Source: Acidimicrobiales bacterium (GTDB lineage Bacteria; Actinomycetota; Acidimicrobiia; Acidimicrobiales; VFJN01). From it: DNA of 64,000 nucleotides. Within the stretch, counting starts at the first letter, position 1; each line of letters begins with the position of its first letter. Location: contig DASUDP010000012.1 in assembly GCA_036275535.1 (NCBI GenBank), forward strand, positions 24,314 to 88,313. The letters are read 5' to 3'. The notes beneath the pieces were generated by a model. That model had not been told where the DNA came from, did no database searches, and worked only from the letters and a program-made list of their open reading frames with translations. Positions 59,722-64,000 of the stretch are shown here, piece by piece. The position numbers and the translations under genes are program-made.

Positions 59722-61268
59722 CCGGCCAGCTCCTGGTGCGGGGCGACCGGCCCGATCCCGTCGACGCGGAGGCTGAGGGCGGTGGCCACGTGGGCCAGGC
59801 CCAGGTGGTGCGGGGCACCGTCGAGGTCGGCGATGGTGCGGGCCACCCGTCGCACCCGGTGCAGGCCGCGGGCCGACAGGCGACCGGATCGCAGGGCGTC
59901 GAGCAGGAGCGAGGTGGCCGCGTCGTCGAGCGGGGCGACCTCGTCGAGCCGCTGGGCGGGCAGCGCGGCGTTGGACCGCACGCCCCGCCGCTCGGCGAGG
60001 GCGCGAGCGGCGGCCACTCGCTCGGCCACGGCCGCCGAGCTCTCGCCCGCGGCGGCCGTGAACAGGTCTTCGGCGGAGGGTCGCTGGACCTCGACGCGCA
60101 GGTCGAACCGGTCGAGCAGCGGGCCCGAGAGGCGGCGCTGGTAGCGGACCCGGGCACCATCGGTGCACCGGCACCCCCCGGGGCGGCTGCCCTGCCCGCA
60201 CGGGCACGGGTTCATGGCTGCCACGAGCAGGAAGCGGGCCGGGAAGGCCACGGTGGCGGCGGCGCGAGCCACCCGCACGACGCCCTCCTCGAGGGGTTGA
60301 CGGAGGGCGTCGAGCACGTGAGGGGCGAACTCGGCCAGCTCGTCGAGGAACAAGATCCCGTTCGTGGCGGCGGAGATCTCGCCGGGTCGCATGAGCGCCG
60401 TGCCACCCCCCACCAGCGCCACGGACGAGGCACCGTGGTGCGGCGCCCGGAAGGGCGGCTGGCGCACTAGGCCACCGGGGGGCAACCCGAAGCCGCCGGC
60501 TGAGTGGATCCGCGTCGCCTCCAGCGCCTCCGCGGGCGACAGCAGCGGGAGCAGCGACGGCAATCGGGAGGCGAGCATCGTCTTGCCGGCCCCCGGCGGG
60601 CCGAGCATGAGCAGGTGGTGGCCGCCGGCGGCGGCCACCTCCAGGGCGTACCGGGCCACCGGCTGGCCCCGGACGTCGGCGAGGTCCGGCAGGGGTGGGG
60701 GCGGGGGCGGTTCGTCGCAGGGCACCGGCGAGGGCCAGGGCTCGTCCCCCTTGGCGCAGGCGATGACCTGGGCCAGCGAGTGCACCGGGTGCAGGGCGCG
60801 GTCCCCGCCCAGCTGGGCCTCCGCGACGCTCTGCGGCGGGAGCACGAGGGCATGGCCGCGCAGCGCCTCCATCAGGCAGACGGTGCCCGTGACCGGCCGC
60901 ACGCTGCCGTCGAGCCCGAGCTCACCCAGGAAGGCGAGCCCGGCGACCTGCTGGGCCTTCAGCTGCCCGTCGGCCACCAGCAGCGCCACCGCCAGCGCCA
61001 GGTCGAGGCCCGACCCGACCTTGCGCAGGGTCGGCGGGGCCAGGTTCACCGTGATCCGCTTCATCGGCCAGGTGGCCCGGCTGGACTCGATGGCCGCTCG
61101 GACGCGGTCGCGCGCCTCCCGACAGGAGGCATCGGGCAGGCCGACGACGGTGAACGAGGGCAGGCCGCCACCGGTGATGTGGACCTCGACGGTGACGGCG
61201 TGGCCTTCCACGCCGAGCAGGGAGGCAGACGGGACGAGACCGAGCACGGCCGCTCCTCGGACGGGCAC
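59718..61268 (-). CDS. comM: Mg-chelatase-like AAA+ ATPase ComM/YifB
   Basis: 516 aa. Lon-protease-like N-domain, Walker A LMLGPPGAGKTMLA and a Mg-chelatase C-terminal region. The start could be a GTG a few codons downstream. Confidence 0.92.
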   Translation of the reverse strand: MPVRGAAVLGLVPSASLLGVEGHAVTVEVHITGGGLPSFTVVGLPDASCREARDRVRAAIESSRATWPMKRITVNLAPPTLRKVGSGLDLALAVALLVADGQLKAQQVAGLAFLGELGLDGSVRPVTGTVCLMEALRGHALVLPPQSVAEAQLGGDRALHPVHSLAQVIACAKGDEPWPSPVPCDEPPPPPPLPDLADVRGQPVARYALEVAAAGGHHLLMLGPPGAGKTMLASRLPSLLPLLSPAEALEATRIHSAGGFGLPPGGLVRQPPFRAPHHGASSVALVGGGTALMRPGEISAATNGILFLDELAEFAPHVLDALRQPLEEGVVRVARAAATVAFPARFLLVAAMNPCPCGQGSRPGGCRCTDGARVRYQRRLSGPLLDRFDLRVEVQRPSAEDLFTAAAGESSAAVAERVAAARALAERRGVRSNAALPAQRLDEVAPLDDAATSLLLDALRSGRLSARGLHRVRRVARTIADLDGAPHHLGLAHVATALSLRVDGIGPVAPHQELAG

Positions 61269-61402
61269 CCGGTGGGTGCGGCGGGACGAGCGAGGAGGCC
61301 GTGGACCGCTCAGACGAGAGTGGGAGCGCCGGCCGTCGAGGCGCTGGAGGGCACCCTAGGACGGCCCTGTGACACCCCGAAAGGGCCGATCTGGGGGGGC
61401 CG

Positions 61403-61650
61403 TCAGCGCCTGCGGAAGGCGGGGGTGCGCTTCTCCACGAACGCCGTGACCGCCTCGATGGTGTCCTCGGTGCCGAAGTTGACGGTCTGCGTGCGGGCTT
61501 CGTCGTCGAGGGCCTGCTCGAAGGACCGGTCGAGGAGCCGCTTGGTCATGGCCAGGGCGATCGGCGGGACGATACTGAGGCGATGGGCATGAACCCCTTC
61601 CGGCAGCAGCGTCGCACCGCCGCTGACTACGTCCTGGTGGCCGCGGCGTT
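61403..61650 (-). pseudogene. 3'-terminal fragment of an enoyl-CoA hydratase/isomerase (crotonase) gene
   Basis: My translation: ...HRLSIVPPIALAMTKRLLDRSFEQALDDEARTQTVNFGTEDTIEAVTAFVEKRTPAFRRR*. This matches the conserved crotonase C-terminus pattern (xxK..l....l..E......f.TED..EG..AF.EKR.P.F). Only about 65-80 codons are recognisable, and yraN begins at 61703, so a full gene cannot fit. Confidence 0.55.
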
Positions 61651-61702
61651 CGTCGTCTGCCTCCTGCTGCTGCTCTGGGCGTTCCTCGGCTGAGCGGGCA
61701 GC

Positions 61703-62047
61703 TCAGAAGGCGGCCTGGATCACCTCGAGGTCAGCACCGAGGATGGCGACGACGTCGAAGCGCAGCTCGGCCGCCCGTGTGCCCGTCTCCTGCAGGTAGC
61801 GCAGGGCCAGGCGGCGCAGGCGCACCTGCTTCGTGCGGGTGACGGCTTCAGCCGGGATGCCGAAGCGGTCCGTGCGGCGCCGCTTCACCTCGGCGAACAC
61901 CAACGTGGCGCCCTTGCCCACCACGAGATCGAGCTCGCCGTCGCGGCAGCGCCAGTTCCGGGCCAGCACCTCGTACCCGTTGGCCCGGTACCAGGCCGCC
62001 GCCTGGTCCTCCCCCTCGGCGCCGAAGCGCCGACGCCCATCAGCCAC
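61703..62047 (-). CDS. yraN: YraN-family (UPF0102) endonuclease-like protein
   Basis: 114 aa. AAAWYRANGYEVLARNWRCRDGELDLVV...FAEVKRR pattern. Confidence 0.88.
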   Translation of the reverse strand: MADGRRRFGAEGEDQAAAWYRANGYEVLARNWRCRDGELDLVVGKGATLVFAEVKRRRTDRFGIPAEAVTRTKQVRLRRLALRYLQETGTRAAELRFDVVAILGADLEVIQAAF

Positions 62048-62116
62048 CGGGGCCCACCGCCGTCTCGTGCACCGACCCAGTGTCCACCGCCCGACGGGGC
62101 GGGCGACAGAGCCGAT

Positions 62117-62410
62117 TCAGAGCTCCTTCTTGGGGAGCTCCTCGATGTTGACGTCCTTGAAGGTGACGATGTTGACGGTGGCCACGAACCGGGTGGTGCG
62201 GTACATGTCCCACACCCAGGCGTCGCGCATCGTGAGCTCGACGTAGGTGCGCCCGTCCTCGTTGTGGACCGTCTTGGCGACCTCGTTGGCGAGGTAGAAG
62301 CGCCGCTCGGTCTCCACGACGTAGGAGAACATCGGCGCGACGTCCTTGTACTCCTTGTAGAGCTGGAGCTCGATCTCGGCTTCGTAGCGCTCGAGGTCCT
62401 CGGTCGACAT
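62117..62410 (-). CDS. DUF2469-family protein
   Basis: ORF 62117..62551 trimmed to ATG 62408-62410. MSTEDLERYEAEIELQLYKEYKDV...VWDMYR. A conserved actinobacterial small protein downstream of lepB. Confidence 0.85.
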   Translation of the reverse strand: MSTEDLERYEAEIELQLYKEYKDVAPMFSYVVETERRFYLANEVAKTVHNEDGRTYVELTMRDAWVWDMYRTTRFVATVNIVTFKDVNIEELPKKEL

Positions 62411-62429
62411 GGCGCTCACGCTACCGCTG

Positions 62430-63029
62430 TCACAAAAAGGCGGTGCGCAGCGGAGGCCAGATGCGGTGGGTGGCCCGGCCGATGATCGTGTCCTCGGGGA
62501 TGGGGCCGATGTCGGGGAAGCGGCTGTCGTGGGAGTTCGTGCGGTTGTCACCGAGGACGAACACGTGGCCGGCCGGGACGTCCGCGGGGCCGAAGTCGGA
62601 GGTCAGCGCGTCGGACAGGTAGGGCTCGGTGAGCCGGCGCCCGTCGATCCACACCACCCCGTCACGGCCTTCGATCGTCTCACCAGGGAGGCCGACGACC
62701 CGCTTGATCAGCACGTCGTCGCCGGGGTGGCGGAGGGCCACGCTCTCGAGGAGGTCGTGCACCAGGCCCTCCACGAGGCCCTCGTCATCGGCCGGGGCGG
62801 CGGGTGATGGGAACACGACGATGTCGCCCCGCCGGGGGTCGTGGAGCCGGTAGGCCAGCCGCGAGACGACGACGCGGTCGCCTTCGAGCAGCTGGGGCTC
62901 CATCGAGGCGCTGGGGATGTAGAAGGCCTGGGCCAGCAGCGCCTTCACCAGGAGGGTGAGGACGATGGTGGCGACGAGCAGGAGCGGGAGCTCGAGGACG
63001 AGCGGCAGCGACCGCCGCTCACGCGTCAC
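62430..63029 (-). CDS. lepB: signal peptidase I
   Basis: 199 aa. TM anchor, catalytic SASMEP and GDNRTNSHDSR box. Confidence 0.92.
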   Translation of the reverse strand: MTRERRSLPLVLELPLLLVATIVLTLLVKALLAQAFYIPSASMEPQLLEGDRVVVSRLAYRLHDPRRGDIVVFPSPAAPADDEGLVEGLVHDLLESVALRHPGDDVLIKRVVGLPGETIEGRDGVVWIDGRRLTEPYLSDALTSDFGPADVPAGHVFVLGDNRTNSHDSRFPDIGPIPEDTIIGRATHRIWPPLRTAFL

Positions 63030-63044
63030 GAGCCGACGCCGCGA

Positions 63045-63392
63045 CTAGCGGTCGCGCTTCTCCTTGATCTTGGCGGCCTTACCGACGCGGTCGCGCAGGT
63101 AGTAGAGCTTGGCCCGGCGCACGTCGCCGCGGGTGACGACCTCGATCTTGCCGATCGTCGGGGCGTGGAGCGGGAAGGTGCGCTCGACGCCGACGCCGTA
63201 GGACACCTTGCGCACGGTGAAGGTCTCACGCAGGCCGTCGCCCTGGCGGGCGATGACGGCGCCCTGGAACACCTGCAGGCGCTCCTTGGACCCCTCGACG
63301 ACGCGCACGTGCACCTTGAGGGTGTCCCCCGGCGCGAAGTCCGGGATGTCCGTCCGCAGGCTGGACTGGTCGACGAGATCGGTGGGTTGCAT
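63045..63392 (-). CDS. rplS: 50S ribosomal protein L19
   Basis: 115 aa. [33 protein letters not shown]. Confidence 0.97.
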   Translation of the reverse strand: MQPTDLVDQSSLRTDIPDFAPGDTLKVHVRVVEGSKERLQVFQGAVIARQGDGLRETFTVRKVSYGVGVERTFPLHAPTIGKIEVVTRGDVRRAKLYYLRDRVGKAAKIKEKRDR

Positions 63393-63496
63393 GGCAGAGA
63401 CGCTCCGGTGGGCTGCGAGGCGCGCAGCGGCGATCGGTGGGACAGAAGAGGATACGCGGGCACGGCCGCTCCGGTCGAACCGGGCTGCGACGTCCG

Positions 63497-64000
63497 TCAG
63501 GAGCCGGGATCGAGGCCGTGCTCGGCCAGCAGGGCGCGGTCGGCCTCGGTCAGCCCGCCTCGGGCCTCGATGAGGTCGGGGCGGTGGCGGATCGTGCGAG
63601 CCAGGGCCTGGGCCCGGCGCCAGCGGGCCACCTTGCCGTGGTCGCCGGAGCGGAGCACCTCGGGGACGGCCCAGCCCCGGAACTCGGCGGGGCGGGTGTA
63701 GTGGGGGTACTCGAGCAGGCCGTCGCTGAAGCTCTCGTCCTCGGCCGAGGCCTGGTTGCCCATCACGCCGGGCACGAGCCGGGCCACGGCCTCGAGCACG
63801 ACCATGGCCGCCACCTCTCCCCCGCCGAGCACGAAGTCGCCGATGGAGAGCTCACCGTCGACCAGGTGCTCGCGCACCCGCTCGTCGACGCCCTCGTACC
63901 GGCCGCAGAGGAGGCTGAAGCCCTCCGTAGCGGCCAGCTCCCGGGCGACGGCCTGGTCGAACCGGCGGCCGGCGGGGCTCAGGTACAGGAGCGGCCGGGG
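63497..64000 (-). CDS. trmD: tRNA (guanine37-N1)-methyltransferase, C-terminal part (5' end beyond the right edge)
   Basis: The frame stays open to the window edge. My translation upstream of ORF 63497..63877 reads ...[33 protein letters not shown], the TrmD signature. Confidence 0.93.
   Translation of the reverse strand, partial: PRPLLYLSPAGRRFDQAVARELAATEGFSLLCGRYEGVDERVREHLVDGELSIGDFVLGGGEVAAMVVLEAVARLVPGVMGNQASAEDESFSDGLLEYPHYTRPAEFRGWAVPEVLRSGDHGKVARWRRAQALARTIRHRPDLIEARGGLTEADRALLAEHGLDPGS

Noticed and set aside
58528-61268. dprA and comM, together with cinA at 6047..7285, as a natural-competence or DNA-uptake system.
   Set aside because: These three are broadly conserved in non-competent actinobacteria and sit in their usual housekeeping contexts. 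No comEA, comEC, pilus or comF genes are present in the window.
61589-61693. A 34-aa plus-strand ORF, MNPFRQQRRTAADYVLVAAAFVVCLLLLLWAFLG. It looks like a basic N-terminus plus a single TM helix, has a GAGG 8 nt upstream, and is convergent on yraN.
   Set aside because: It lies antisense to the acidic part of the crotonase relic. GAG/GAC/CAG codons read backwards give CTC/GTC/CTG, which produces an artefactual hydrophobic helix. It is too short to judge by composition. It is worth testing only if ribosome-profiling data exist.

Overview
Very GC-rich chromosome segment, with codon third positions almost all G or C. It looks like Actinomycetota; a finer placement, for example Acidimicrobiia-like, is only my guess. 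About 90% of the genes are on the minus strand. The window is a densely packed, conserved housekeeping backbone. In minus-strand (transcription) order, reading from the right edge of the window: trmD-rplS-lepB-DUF2469 / yraN-comM-dprA / xerC / sigma-28-family factor / M23 protein / rpsB-tsf-pyrH-frr-cdsA / dxr-rseP-ispG / proS / rimP-nusA-ylxR-infB-rbfA-truB-ribF / rpsO-pnp-M16 peptidase / proline-rich ORF-dapB / SURF1-hypothetical-dapA-rnj / mutM / ftsK / rimO-pgsA-cinA / recA-SpoVS-like / miaB-GNAT-miaA-dapF-hflX. The order matches what I remember of the Mycobacterium and Streptomyces recA-to-trmD region. Many adjacent genes are linked by 1-4 nt stop/start overlaps (GTGA, ATGA, TTGA). Most long ORFs in the six-frame track are alternate-frame or antisense shadows of real genes, which is typical at this GC content. 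Several listed ORFs had to be trimmed to internal ATG/GTG/TTG starts. I saw no rRNA, tRNA, CRISPR array, transposase, phage gene or obvious defence or biosynthetic island. I do not find a discrete multi-gene novel system here. The items worth a second look are single-locus oddities: (1) a secreted M23 peptidase fused to a lipase-like alpha/beta-hydrolase; (2) a SpoVS-family gene where recX normally sits behind a LexA-boxed recA; (3) a polyproline-rich ORF translationally coupled to dapB; (4) two gene relics, a decapitated GGDEF cyclase and an enoyl-CoA hydratase 3' fragment; (5) a perfect 10-bp x3.9 tandem repeat in a divergent promoter; (6) disordered extensions on CdsA, PNPase, S2 and IF-2; (7) a long imperfect hairpin in the rpsO-pnp spacer. 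All family calls rest on my reading of the translations, with no searches run.
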